Origin: an uncultured Gammaproteobacteria bacterium
GTDB taxonomy: Bacteria; Patescibacteriota; Microgenomatia; UBA8517
NCBI GenBank assembly: GCA_964587425.1
Contig: CAZPLB010000001.1
Coordinates: 145,518 to 209,517 of the forward strand
Direction: 5' to 3'
Length of the DNA: 64,000 nt
Shown: piece by piece, positions 36,284-45,621 of the stretch
Layout of the letters: each line of letters begins with the position of its first letter
How positions within the stretch are numbered: the stretch's first letter is position 1
The notes under the pieces: model-generated
What the model saw: only the letters and a program-made list of their open reading frames with translations
The model's database searches: none
Told to the model about the DNA's origin: nothing
Translations under genes and position numbers: made by a program

Positions 36284-38194
36284 ATGTCAAAAATAATTGG
36301 AATAGATTTAGGAACTACAAACAGTTGTGTATCTGTGATGGAAGGGGGAAGACCAAAGGTCATTCCTGCAGGTGATACTGGACGTAACATTACTCCATCT
36401 GTGGTTGAACCATTAAAAAACCTTGTTGGAGATGTTGCAAAACGACAAATGGTTTTGAATCCCAAGAATACTATTTCATCTGCAAAACGTCTGATGGGAA
36501 GAAGATTTGAGGATTCTGAGGTTAAACGAACACAAGATATGGTTCCATATGAAATTGTGAAGGGTAAAAATGGAATGGCTGATATTAAAATTGGGGAGAA
36601 AGTCTTTACTCCACAGGAAATTGGGGCAAGAGTTTTGATGAAACTAAAGAAAGATGCAGAAGGGTATTTGGGAGAGAAGGTTGAAAAGGCTGTTATCACT
36701 GTTCCTGCTTACTTTGACGATGCTCAAAGGCAAGCTACAAAACAAGCTGGGGAGATTGCAGGACTCAAAGTAGAGCGCATTATTAATGAGCCAACTGCAG
36801 CTGCTTTGGCATATGGCTTGGACAAGAAAAATGCTCACAAAATTGTTGTATATGACTTGGGTGGAGGGACCTTTGATGTTTCTGTACTTGAACTTGGAGA
36901 GGGTGTATTTGAAGTAAAGGCAACAAATGGAGATACACACTTAGGAGGAGATGATTTTGACGCAATGATAGTTGACTACATTTGTGATGAATTCAAAAAA
37001 GAACACAGTGTTGACCTCAGAAAAGATTTGCAAGCACTTCAAAGAGTTCGCGATGCTGCTGAAAAGGCAAAAATTGAACTTTCTGCTGCGGAGGAAGTTG
37101 AAATTAACCAACCATACATTACTCAACAGGAAGGGCAGCCACTTCACTTGACCATGAAATTGACCAGAGCAAAGTTGGAGGGGTTAGTTTCAGAACTCAT
37201 TGAGAAAACAATGAAACCAGTTGAAGCTTGTTTGAAAGATGCAAAGCTTGATGCCCATGATATTGATGAGGTTGTTTTGGTTGGGGGTATGACCCGTATG
37301 CCCAAGGTTATTGAAACAGTCAAGAATTTCTTTGGTAAAGATCCAAACAAGAGTGTTAACCCAGATGAGGTTGTGGCAATTGGAGCTGCAATACAAGGGG
37401 GGATATTAGGGGGAGAAGTGAAAGATATTTTGTTACTTGATGTTACACCGCTTACTTTGGCAATTGAAACAATGGGAGCTGTTGCCACACCAATGATTCC
37501 AAGAAACACAACTGTACCAACAAGTAAAACTGAGATATTCTCAACAGCTGCTGACAATCAGACACAGGTTCAAATACATGTAACACAAGGGGAGAGGCCA
37601 ATGAGTGCGGACAACAAGACTCTTGGAACATTTACCCTTGATGGTATTCCACCTTCTCCACGCGGTGTTCCACAGATTGAAGTTACTTTTGATATGGATT
37701 CCAGTGGAATATTGAAAGTTACTGCAAAGGACAAAGCAACGGGGAAAACACAAAATATAACTATTACTGGTGCTGTGGGACTTTCTGATGATGAAGTGAA
37801 GCGCATGCAGGAAGAGGCTGAGAAACACAAGGAAGAGGATGAAAAGAAGGCAGATGAAGTGAAGACTAAGAATAATGCCGATGCAATGGTAGCTACGGCT
37901 GAAAAAGCATTAAAAGATGCGGGTGACAAGGCACCGGCTGATGTGAAGGAAAAAGTTGAAGAGAAAGTGAAAATACTGAAAGAGATGCTGGCAAAAGAAG
38001 GGGCAAGCAAGGATGAGATTGAAAATGCTACAAAAGAACTATCTGAAACCTTGAGTCAGGTTGGACAAGCTATGTATGGACAGCAAGGCGCAACTGAGGG
38101 AGCACAACCACAGGAAGGAACAGAAGAAAAGAAAGATGAGAGTAAGGCAACAGAAGACAAATCCAAGGCTGAAGAAGGACAGGTTGTTGAATAA
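36284..38194 (+). CDS. dnaK: Molecular chaperone DnaK (Hsp70)
   Basis: [30 protein letters not shown] and an acidic C-terminal tail. Confidence 0.95.
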   Translation: MSKIIGIDLGTTNSCVSVMEGGRPKVIPAGDTGRNITPSVVEPLKNLVGDVAKRQMVLNPKNTISSAKRLMGRRFEDSEVKRTQDMVPYEIVKGKNGMADIKIGEKVFTPQEIGARVLMKLKKDAEGYLGEKVEKAVITVPAYFDDAQRQATKQAGEIAGLKVERIINEPTAAALAYGLDKKNAHKIVVYDLGGGTFDVSVLELGEGVFEVKATNGDTHLGGDDFDAMIVDYICDEFKKEHSVDLRKDLQALQRVRDAAEKAKIELSAAEEVEINQPYITQQEGQPLHLTMKLTRAKLEGLVSELIEKTMKPVEACLKDAKLDAHDIDEVVLVGGMTRMPKVIETVKNFFGKDPNKSVNPDEVVAIGAAIQGGILGGEVKDILLLDVTPLTLAIETMGAVATPMIPRNTTVPTSKTEIFSTAADNQTQVQIHVTQGERPMSADNKTLGTFTLDGIPPSPRGVPQIEVTFDMDSSGILKVTAKDKATGKTQNITITGAVGLSDDEVKRMQEEAEKHKEEDEKKADEVKTKNNADAMVATAEKALKDAGDKAPADVKEKVEEKVKILKEMLAKEGASKDEIENATKELSETLSQVGQAMYGQQGATEGAQPQEGTEEKKDESKATEDKSKAEEGQVVE

Positions 38195-38219
38195 TCTACA
38201 AAATAGCCTATAATATGGT

Positions 38220-38525
38220 ATGTCAGAGTTTCCAAAGATAGACAAAGGAATTGCTGCAATTTATTTTGCAGAGGGATTTCTAACAGAAAGAGAGCGTTCT
38301 GATCGTGCCCGTTTTAGAGAGATAGCTCAATTGTTTCATGAATCCAGAGAACTACTTTTTCCAAATCCTGGTGGTCTTGATGGTATTGATGATGAGAGGT
38401 TGAGAACAGAATTTGCTGATGAAACAGCACAAGAATTTTGCTCAGAAGGTGCTAAAGCTGATGATAAGTGGAGAAAGATTTGGAAAGGTTTAATCGCTGC
38501 AGGCAGAGATTCTTTTCAAGAATGA
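38220..38525 (+). CDS. Hypothetical protein (101 aa)
   Basis: ORF only. Acidic and helical. Its 3' end overlaps the Nudix gene. Confidence 0.3.
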   Translation: MSEFPKIDKGIAAIYFAEGFLTERERSDRARFREIAQLFHESRELLFPNPGGLDGIDDERLRTEFADETAQEFCSEGAKADDKWRKIWKGLIAAGRDSFQE

Positions 38526-38926
38526 TAACTGGAGTTACATTTATCCTTCTAAAGCCAAATGGGCAGATTTTGATGCAGCTTCGTGATGATGGGAATGGAA
38601 AACAGATAAAGTATCCAAACATGTGGTGTTTTCCTGGTGGAGGAATTGAAAAGCACGAAAAACCAATTGAGGCTATTCTTCGTGAAATTGGGGAAGAATA
38701 TGAACAGAAAATTGATGAAAAACAGTGCAAGTTTTTGTGTATATATAAACATGATGGGGATATAAAAGATTGGGTTTTTGTGTGCAGGGTTACTGATGAT
38801 TTTAGTCCAACGTTAAATGAGGGAGCTGAGATGAAATGGATGGATTTAAGTGAAATAGAAAAACTGAAACTAGCATGGGAACAAGATTTGATTTTAGATA
38901 GACTTAGGAAGTACTTGGCAGTTTAG
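38522..38926 (+). CDS. Nudix hydrolase
   Basis: Nudix box GGGIEKHEKPIEAILREIGEEYEQ. Start moved to the ATG at 38522 (MITGVTFILL) rather than the 38468 ORF-track start. Confidence 0.65.
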   Translation: MITGVTFILLKPNGQILMQLRDDGNGKQIKYPNMWCFPGGGIEKHEKPIEAILREIGEEYEQKIDEKQCKFLCIYKHDGDIKDWVFVCRVTDDFSPTLNEGAEMKWMDLSEIEKLKLAWEQDLILDRLRKYLAV

Positions 38927-38973
38927 TTAATTGAGTGCTTAACAACTTCAGGATAAACTGGTAAAATTCACAT

Positions 38974-39825
38974 ATGGCAAGTGATTATTATTCAATTTTA
39001 GAGATTTCAAAGAATGCTGGTGCTGATGAAATTAAAAAAGCATATCGTAATCAGGCTTTGAAGTGGCATCCTGACAAACATAGTGGAGACAAGACTGAGG
39101 CTGAAAAGAAGTTCAAAGAAATAAATGAGGCATATCAAGTATTGTCTGATCCAAAGAAGAAAGAAACTTACGATCAGTATGGACACGATGCTTTCAAAGG
39201 GGGAGCTGGGAGGAATCCATTTGCTGGAGGAGGGAACCCTTTTGGCGGACAGGCTGGGCCATTTAGTTATACATATAGTACATCTGGTGGGCAGGAGATG
39301 CCTTTTGATTTTGGGGATCCATTTGATATTTTTGCTCAGTTTTTTGGAGGAGCAAGACAAGCTCGTAAACCGCAATACAGTCTGACTATTGATTTTATGG
39401 AGGCTATGAAAGGGGTTTCAAAGACTGTTGAAGTTAATGGGAAGAGACGTACTATTAAAATCCCTGCAGGAGTTAATACAGGCAACAGGATTAATTTTGA
39501 TGATTTTACGTTATCGGTATCAGTGCGCCGTCATGAGGTGTTTGAGAGAGATGGAGATGATATTTTCATTAGTGCTTCCATTCCTTATTCATTGGCAACG
39601 CTTGGTGGTGAAATTAAAGTACCAACTGTTTGGGGAAATGTGAAGATTAAAGTTAGAGGTGGAACCCAGGGTGGAACTATGATGAGACTTAAAGGTGAGG
39701 GAGCCCCAAGAGTTAATGGACGAGCCAAGGGGGATGAATATGTGAAGATTTTAGTTGAAACTCCAAAATCTTTGAATCGCAACCAAAAGAGAATTATTGA
39801 GGAGATGAAGAGAGAGGGATTATAA
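38974..39825 (+). CDS. dnaJ: DnaJ-like co-chaperone (type II/CbpA-like, no Zn finger)
   Basis: J domain (DYYSILEISKNAGADEIKKAYRNQALKWHPDKH), G/F region and C-terminal peptide-binding domains. No CxxCxGxG repeats. Confidence 0.8.
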   Translation: MASDYYSILEISKNAGADEIKKAYRNQALKWHPDKHSGDKTEAEKKFKEINEAYQVLSDPKKKETYDQYGHDAFKGGAGRNPFAGGGNPFGGQAGPFSYTYSTSGGQEMPFDFGDPFDIFAQFFGGARQARKPQYSLTIDFMEAMKGVSKTVEVNGKRRTIKIPAGVNTGNRINFDDFTLSVSVRRHEVFERDGDDIFISASIPYSLATLGGEIKVPTVWGNVKIKVRGGTQGGTMMRLKGEGAPRVNGRAKGDEYVKILVETPKSLNRNQKRIIEEMKREGL

Positions 39826-39833
39826 TTTTTTGT

Positions 39834-40409
39834 ATGGCAGATTCTGTGCACGAGTGGTACAACACTGAAGATGCAGTCAAGCGGCCTAAGGATATTATAG
39901 AGGGAAAATCCATGAGGATGAATTTACCTGATGATGTAGTAGTTAAACCTTCTATCTCTGATCTAAATAAATTAAATCGGAGAATGAGAAGTTATGACAA
40001 GATTTTACATAGACAGAGGGTAGAATCAAATCCAGATGTTAACCCACCCACAGATAGTGTTCCACTCCCGGGAGAATTTGGAGGAGTTTCTACTTTAATA
40101 GCAATTGATAGAGGTAGTTTGGGGAAATTACATAAAGGTGTTGGTTTGGAGTCTTCTACACGCATGCCTGAAGTTCATGATATGGTTACAGAAGTACCAA
40201 ATCCTACTCATATTCCACCGATATATATACAAGTTGAGAAATTTCACGGCGGCAAAAGATTTGTAGATGTTCGAGATGGACAACATAGAGTTGAAAGTGC
40301 CATGAGGAATACAGATGTTCCTTTTTTGCTTGCATATGTTAAGAATAATGACATGGAGTTTCTTGGTTCAAATGGAATTGTTTATCGAAAAGTCGAGGCA
40401 TATCCGTGA
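39834..40409 (+). CDS. ParB/Srx-fold (ParB-like nuclease domain) protein
   Basis: C-terminal GGKRFVDVRDGQHRVESAMRNTDVPFLLAYV carries the DGxHR signature of ParB N-terminal/sulfiredoxin-fold domains. The N-terminal 120 aa are Pro-rich with no match. Confidence 0.4.
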   Translation: MADSVHEWYNTEDAVKRPKDIIEGKSMRMNLPDDVVVKPSISDLNKLNRRMRSYDKILHRQRVESNPDVNPPTDSVPLPGEFGGVSTLIAIDRGSLGKLHKGVGLESSTRMPEVHDMVTEVPNPTHIPPIYIQVEKFHGGKRFVDVRDGQHRVESAMRNTDVPFLLAYVKNNDMEFLGSNGIVYRKVEAYP

Positions 40410-40502
40410 TTGAGTTTATTGAGAGAACGAGAATTACTATTCCATTTTACAAAAAGCTTCAAATGTCGGGTTGTCCATTGTTTGACTTTCTTGAATAATT
40501 AA

Positions 40503-41009
40503 GTGTGGTTGGTTATAATGGCCACCTATATGACAGAACGAAGGGTTGAAATTAATATGGGTAGTGAATTTATAATTGGTGCTGGTGAAACAGCTTACGT
40601 TGGCCGGGGACCGAGCATGGGGGAAGAACCTGAGGCCGGGGAATGGTTTTTGCAGATTGGGAAATTAATGACGGGTGATTTGGGGGAATTGTCTCGTAGA
40701 GCGGTCTCGATGTCAGTAGATGCCTATGGGAATGTAAAAATTACAAGGTTGAGTAAAACTAATGCAGTTGAAGTGAAAGTTCGTAAAGATACGCATTTTG
40801 AGAGATTTGGTGAAATTCTTGATAAAGAGGGTGCTTTTCATGAGGTTGGTTTCTCTGATGACTTTTGTATTATTGTTACTGCTCATAATTCGGATGCGAT
40901 TTTGAAGTGTAAACCATTTGATGTATATCAAATGGATCCCTCAAGAACATTTAAATTAGTTTATGGTTTCCACCCAGTTGACCCGAATGTGTGCGGGTGG
41001 AACGTTTGA
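40503..41009 (+). CDS. FHA-domain-like hypothetical protein
   Basis: The pattern AYVGRGPS..GELSRRAVSMSVDAYGNVKITRLSKTNAVEV...GFSDDFCIIV resembles FHA (GR, SR.H/A, S.TN, terminal hydrophobic strand). Weak. Confidence 0.3.
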   Translation: MWLVIMATYMTERRVEINMGSEFIIGAGETAYVGRGPSMGEEPEAGEWFLQIGKLMTGDLGELSRRAVSMSVDAYGNVKITRLSKTNAVEVKVRKDTHFERFGEILDKEGAFHEVGFSDDFCIIVTAHNSDAILKCKPFDVYQMDPSRTFKLVYGFHPVDPNVCGWNV

Positions 41010-41056
41010 CTTCCAATATCAATAGCAGTAAACTAGCCTTAGGTTTAGTATGTATG

Positions 41057-41085
41057 TGGTGGGATGAATGCCCACCATTTTTTTT
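41057..41085 (+). terminator. Rho-independent terminator
   Basis: tggtggg-atgaatg-cccacca hairpin (7-bp GC-rich stem) followed by eight T residues. It lies 48 nt after the stop of the FHA-like gene. Confidence 0.5.
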
Positions 41086-41093
41086 ACAAATAT

Positions 41094-42212
41094 ATGGCAC
41101 AAACACAAACAGCTAGAACAGAATTTGCACAAGCTTTGAAGGCTGTGGCGACACAGACAGGGCTTGAAGTGGACGTAATTATTGAGAAAGTTAAGGAAGC
41201 GGTTGTTGCTGCCTACAAAAGGGATGCAAGAGAGGCTGGAGAGGATGTTGAAGCTTTTGAATACACGGCTGAAATTCATCCAGTAACAGGGGAGATGAGA
41301 GTCTTTTCAGCACCTTTGGAAGGCGGGGAGAAAAAGGATGTTACTCCTCCTGGATTTGGAAGAATTGCTGCACAGACTGCAAAACAAGTGATTCATCAGA
41401 AAATTCGTGAGGCTGAGCGAGGTGCTGTTTTGGAGCAGTTCCAAGAAAAAGTTGGGGGATTGGTTGCAGGGCTTGTTTTAAGGTTTGATGGAGGGGATGT
41501 TCGTATTGAAATTGGTAAGACTGAAGGAGTTATGCCATATGATGAGAGGATTGCAACTGAAAGATTGAACCTTAATCAGAGGTTAACTTTCCTTTTCAAG
41601 GAGATTAAAGATACTCCACATGGAGAAGAGATTATTCTTTCCAGGAAAGATCCAAAATTTGTTGAAAAACTTTTTGAGAGGGAAGTTCCTGAAATTGGAT
41701 CTCATTCTGTTGAAATCAAGGGTATTGCAAGAGAGGGTGGAGTCAGAACAAAGATTGCTGTTTTCTCAACTGCTTCTGGAGTTGATCCAGTTGGAAGTTG
41801 TGTAGGACAAAGAGGAGTAAGGGTGCAGTCTGTTACAAATGAGCTTGGTGGGGAGAGGGTAGATATAATTTTGTGGAATGAGGATGAAAAAGAGTTCATT
41901 AAGTCATCTTTGTCACCTGTTGAAGTGTTGTCCATTAAAACCTCAAAGAAAGAGAAACGGGCTAAGGTCGTGGTTCCTGAGGATCAATTGTCAATTGCGA
42001 TTGGGAAAGACGGACAAAATGTTAGACTTGCCAGCAAACTTACTGGATGGGAAATTGATATAGCAGGAGATGGAAAGTCAACTATCAAACCACAAGAACC
42101 TAAAGTTGAGGAAGTGGTTCCAGCTGTTGAGAGTGTTGAACCTGCAAGTGTCGAGGAAAAAATAGAAAAGAAAGAAGCGGTGACTGAAGACAAACCAGCC
42201 AACGACGAATGA
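41094..42212 (+). CDS. nusA: Transcription termination/antitermination factor NusA
   Basis: N-terminal domain, S1 and two KH domains (GQRGVRVQSVTNELGGERVDII, AIGKDGQNVRLASKLTGWEIDI). Start placed at MAQTQ (41094) so the terminator is not inside the CDS. Confidence 0.8.
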   Translation: MAQTQTARTEFAQALKAVATQTGLEVDVIIEKVKEAVVAAYKRDAREAGEDVEAFEYTAEIHPVTGEMRVFSAPLEGGEKKDVTPPGFGRIAAQTAKQVIHQKIREAERGAVLEQFQEKVGGLVAGLVLRFDGGDVRIEIGKTEGVMPYDERIATERLNLNQRLTFLFKEIKDTPHGEEIILSRKDPKFVEKLFEREVPEIGSHSVEIKGIAREGGVRTKIAVFSTASGVDPVGSCVGQRGVRVQSVTNELGGERVDIILWNEDEKEFIKSSLSPVEVLSIKTSKKEKRAKVVVPEDQLSIAIGKDGQNVRLASKLTGWEIDIAGDGKSTIKPQEPKVEEVVPAVESVEPASVEEKIEKKEAVTEDKPANDE

Positions 42213-42245
42213 CAATGTTAGCTAAATTAAGAAAGGAATTATTAT

Positions 42246-43643
42246 ATGGAAAAAGGGAATCTGAGACCTCCGATTGTTGTGGTAGTTGGGCACGTTGATC
42301 ACGGAAAGACGAGTCTTCTTGACCATATCCGAAAAACAAAAGTAGCTTCTCGTGAAGCTGGTGGAATTACACAGAGCATTGGTGCTTTTACATACCAAGG
42401 AAAAGAAAAAGATATTGTTTTTATTGATACTCCTGGGCATGCACTTTTCACCAACATGAGAAAAAGAGGAGTGAAGGGCGCTGATATTGCACTTTTAGTT
42501 GTTGCCGGAGATGATGGGGTTGCCCCACAAACCAAAGAAGCCTTGAAGATTTTGCAGGAGAGCGCCACTCCATTCATTGTTGTAATTACCAAAGTTGATT
42601 TGGCGACTGCATCTGCCGACACAGTTTTGGGACAGCTTGAAAAAGAAGGAGTTTACTTTGAAAAGCGCGGAGGAGATATTTCCTGGATTGGCGTTTCTTC
42701 AAAAACTGGTGAAGGAGTTGATGAACTACTTGAACTTATTGGATTAACTAGCGATGTAGTTGGTCTGAAAGGAATACCAACCGATAAATTGGAGGGGTTT
42801 GTGCTTGAAACGGTGAAGGATAAACGCGGACTTGGGGTATCTGTTGTTGTAAAAGCGGGACAAATTAAAATTGGCGATGAAATTTTCGCAGGTGAGCGAA
42901 AGACTAAGGTAAGAGGAATTTTTGATGACAACGGAAAGCCGGTCAAAATAATTATGCCAGGGTATCCTGGACTAATTTTGGGATTTGATGAACTGCCTGA
43001 GGCGGGAAGTTTAATTAGTTCAGAAGTGCAGACTGTGGATTACGAAAACAAGGGAAAGGTTGAAGTGAAAGCAGCAAGCGATAAGGATGTAAAAATTTTT
43101 GTGAAGACAAAAACAGCTGGGAGCCTTGAGGCGATACTAGCGAATATTCCTGATGGGGTTGTGGTTCTTGGCAGCGGGGTTGGAGATTTGAATGATTCTG
43201 ATATCTTTTTTGCAAAGGCAAGCGGGGCTACTGTTTTTCTTTTTGAAGCAAAACTTTCGGGAAGTGTAAAAAGACTTGCAGATACAGAAAGTGTTAAGGT
43301 TGAAAGCTTTAACATCGTGTATGACTTTATTGAACGGTTGAAAGAAATGGTTGCATCAGGAGTTGAGGAAGTGTTGGGGAAGGCCCAGATTGTAGCTGAG
43401 TTTCCATTTGATGGAAAAAGAGTTGCTGGAAGCAAAGTTTTAACTGGCGTAATATCAAAAACTGGTAATTGCAGACTAACAAGAGCCGAGAAGGATTTGG
43501 GAAAAATTAGAATAATTTCTATTAAAAAACAAAAAGAAGAAGTGGGTAGTGTTTCCCAGGGTGAGGAATGTGGAATACTTTTTGCTCCCCAGCTTGATTT
43601 CAAAGCGGGTGATGTGATACTATCGGTCGCTAAAGAGAGCTAG
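42246..43643 (+). CDS. infB: Translation initiation factor IF-2 (minimal G2-II-C1-C2 form)
   Basis: G domain VVVVGHVDHGKTSLLD, DTPGH, TKVD. Beta-barrel domain II, C1 (AGSLEAILANI) and C2 are present. There is no N-terminal extension. Confidence 0.85.
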   Translation: MEKGNLRPPIVVVVGHVDHGKTSLLDHIRKTKVASREAGGITQSIGAFTYQGKEKDIVFIDTPGHALFTNMRKRGVKGADIALLVVAGDDGVAPQTKEALKILQESATPFIVVITKVDLATASADTVLGQLEKEGVYFEKRGGDISWIGVSSKTGEGVDELLELIGLTSDVVGLKGIPTDKLEGFVLETVKDKRGLGVSVVVKAGQIKIGDEIFAGERKTKVRGIFDDNGKPVKIIMPGYPGLILGFDELPEAGSLISSEVQTVDYENKGKVEVKAASDKDVKIFVKTKTAGSLEAILANIPDGVVVLGSGVGDLNDSDIFFAKASGATVFLFEAKLSGSVKRLADTESVKVESFNIVYDFIERLKEMVASGVEEVLGKAQIVAEFPFDGKRVAGSKVLTGVISKTGNCRLTRAEKDLGKIRIISIKKQKEEVGSVSQGEECGILFAPQLDFKAGDVILSVAKES

Positions 43644-43668
43644 GTAGTGATTTTAGAATAGTAGACAC

Positions 43669-44487
43669 ATGAAAGATTCATTTAAAAATATAATTTCTTC
43701 TTCCCAATCGGTATTGGTGGTACTCCCTGCCAACCCCAAGTTTGATGAAGTGGCAGCGGGTCTTTCTTTGTATTTGGCACTTGGTTCTACCTCTCAGATT
43801 TATTCTTCAAGCCCAATGGTGGTTGAATTTAATAGATTGGTTGGGGTGAACAAAATTAAAAATGAGATTGGGAACAAGAACCTTGCAATTAGATTTTTGA
43901 ACTACAAACCAGATGGAATAGAGAAAGTTTCGTGGGATATTGATAAAGGTGAATTCAAGTTGACCATAGCACCTAAAACTGGGGTAACTCCTCCGGGACA
44001 GGATCAGATTTCAATTACCCATGAAGGGGTTGCAGCTGATGTTGTGGTTTTGGTTGGAGGCGTGGATGAAAATAGTTTTGAGGTAATTAAAAATCCAGAT
44101 TTGGCAAGCTCAAAACTTGCCCATATTGGACTTCAAGATGTAAAAGTTAGCGGGCGTGAAGTAATGTCATTTGATACAAATGGATCAACAATAAGTGAAG
44201 TTGTTACTAAACTTTTGAAAGATAATGGATATGAGATAACATCCGACATTGCTACAAACTTGCTTGCTGGGATTGAAGAGGGAACACAAGGATTTGCAAC
44301 ACCTAACACAACGGCCGAGACATTTGCAGATGTAGCTGAACTGATGAGAGCTGGAGGAAAAAGATTGGGGCAGGGACAGGTGAGTGCAGCTGATTTTCCA
44401 GAAGGGTCCATTCCAACAATTCCTGCAGACAAAGCACCACAGAGTTGGTTTGAACCAAAGATATATAAAGGGACTTCAACGAGTTAA
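43669..44487 (+). CDS. Hypothetical protein, possibly a degenerate DHH-family (NrnA-like) fold
   Basis: VLVVLPANPKFDEVAAGLSLYLAL resembles DHH motif I-II with the catalytic Asp positions altered. Sits in the infB operon. Weak. Confidence 0.3.
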   Translation: MKDSFKNIISSSQSVLVVLPANPKFDEVAAGLSLYLALGSTSQIYSSSPMVVEFNRLVGVNKIKNEIGNKNLAIRFLNYKPDGIEKVSWDIDKGEFKLTIAPKTGVTPPGQDQISITHEGVAADVVVLVGGVDENSFEVIKNPDLASSKLAHIGLQDVKVSGREVMSFDTNGSTISEVVTKLLKDNGYEITSDIATNLLAGIEEGTQGFATPNTTAETFADVAELMRAGGKRLGQGQVSAADFPEGSIPTIPADKAPQSWFEPKIYKGTSTS

Positions 44488-44491
44488 TAAT

Positions 44492-45250
44492 ATGGCAAGA
44501 GAGTTCGAAGCGGATGGTGAGCTCTTAGAAGATTTTAAAGAATTAGCTGATTCTACATCTCATATTGCTGAACAGATCGGGGTTACCTCTCGTGTTCTTA
44601 CTGAGACACAAAAATATAGAGAGAAACAACTCCTTGTTTTGATGGATACCTGGGAAAAGAAAAAACCGCAGAGTGGATTGGCAAAGGAATTTTTTACTTT
44701 GGGTAAGGGTAAAGATAGGATTGTGTTTGTAACAAACCCATTGATCGAAAAGGACAATGTAATTGATGTATCATATTTGTTGCTTTCAAGAAAAGGTTTC
44801 TTTGTGGCCAGATTTCCCTTTCGGCAAGTGGAGCTTAGTGATTATCCGGGTGATAGGATTCTCGAGTATGTGGAAGATCCTTTTACTAGAGCTTCTTCTA
44901 CTTCTATTAACCCTGGTGATTATAGAACTGGTAAGTTATTGTTTCTTCACAGTTTTTTGAGAAATAATTTGCCGGGAAGAAGTATGAGATTAGATTATTT
45001 TTATACGCATGATGGTCTTGAATTTGTTAGTTTGAAATCGAGAAGGGAAGGCGAGGGAACTGCTCTTAAAATGATGGGTGATGCTGTTGGTTTTGGTGTG
45101 GCGCTGGGGATGTATCAGGGGATTCAGGCGAGGGTTGAAACAGTTTGTAAGAGAAGACTAGAATTATTGGATATTTCAATGGATCAGGCTGAGGCTGATT
45201 TGAGTGTGTTGGGTGAAATGATGCGGGATGAAAAGAAAAAGAGGGGTTAA
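44492..45250 (+). CDS. Hypothetical protein (252 aa)
   Basis: ORF. Start placed at the ATG at 44492 (MAREFEADG) to avoid overlap with the upstream gene. Confidence 0.35.
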   Translation: MAREFEADGELLEDFKELADSTSHIAEQIGVTSRVLTETQKYREKQLLVLMDTWEKKKPQSGLAKEFFTLGKGKDRIVFVTNPLIEKDNVIDVSYLLLSRKGFFVARFPFRQVELSDYPGDRILEYVEDPFTRASSTSINPGDYRTGKLLFLHSFLRNNLPGRSMRLDYFYTHDGLEFVSLKSRREGEGTALKMMGDAVGFGVALGMYQGIQARVETVCKRRLELLDISMDQAEADLSVLGEMMRDEKKKRG

Positions 45251-45256
45251 TTGTGG

Positions 45257-45285
45257 TTGTACAAAAGGTTTTGTTGTGATATGAT
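45257..45285 (+). promoter_or_regulatory. Putative sigma-70 promoter for rpsO-pnp
   Basis: TTGTAC (45257-45262), 17-bp spacer, extended -10 TGaTATGAT (45277-45285). About 60 nt upstream of rpsO. Confidence 0.35.
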
Positions 45286-45346
45286 ACCTTTGATGTTAAC
45301 AAGGTTTGGCTTGAAATAGCTTTACTTTGTTCCACATGACTAGACT

Positions 45347-45616
45347 ATGTCACTAAAGACAGACGAGAAAAAAGAACTAATTAAGAAGTTTGCGAGAGAA
45401 AAAGGCGATACTGGATCTCCTGAGGTACAAATTGCACTTTTAACTCTACAGATTGATAAACTGACTAAGCATTTGAATGCACACGGTAAGGACGTTCATT
45501 CAAGACGAGGACTTTTGTCAATGGTTGCGAAAAGAAGAAGACTATTAAGTTATCTTCAGAAAAGGGATGAGGAAAGATACAAAAAACTCATCAAAGAATT
45601 AGGACTAAAGAAGTAA
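45347..45616 (+). CDS. rpsO: 30S ribosomal protein S15
   Basis: [44 protein letters not shown] is canonical uS15. Confidence 0.9.
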   Translation: MSLKTDEKKELIKKFAREKGDTGSPEVQIALLTLQIDKLTKHLNAHGKDVHSRRGLLSMVAKRRRLLSYLQKRDEERYKKLIKELGLKK

Positions 45617-45621
45617 ATTAA

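Noticed and set aside
37144-38010. Several 95-146-aa minus-strand ORFs inside dnaK
   Set aside because: They are antisense to a highly conserved, clearly coding dnaK. Ser/Ala-rich low-complexity translations are typical of antisense artefacts.
38468-38521. ORF-track start of the Nudix gene at 38468
   Set aside because: That start would give a 54-nt overlap with the upstream ORF in a different frame. The internal ATG at 38522 (MITGVTFILL) gives a normal Nudix N-terminus, so it is preferred.
41064-41093. ORF-track start of nusA at 41064 (MNAHHFFYKY)
   Set aside because: It would place a GC-rich hairpin plus T8 terminator inside the coding region. It would also add 10 residues not seen in NusA N-termini. 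The ATG at 41094 (MAQTQ) is preferred.
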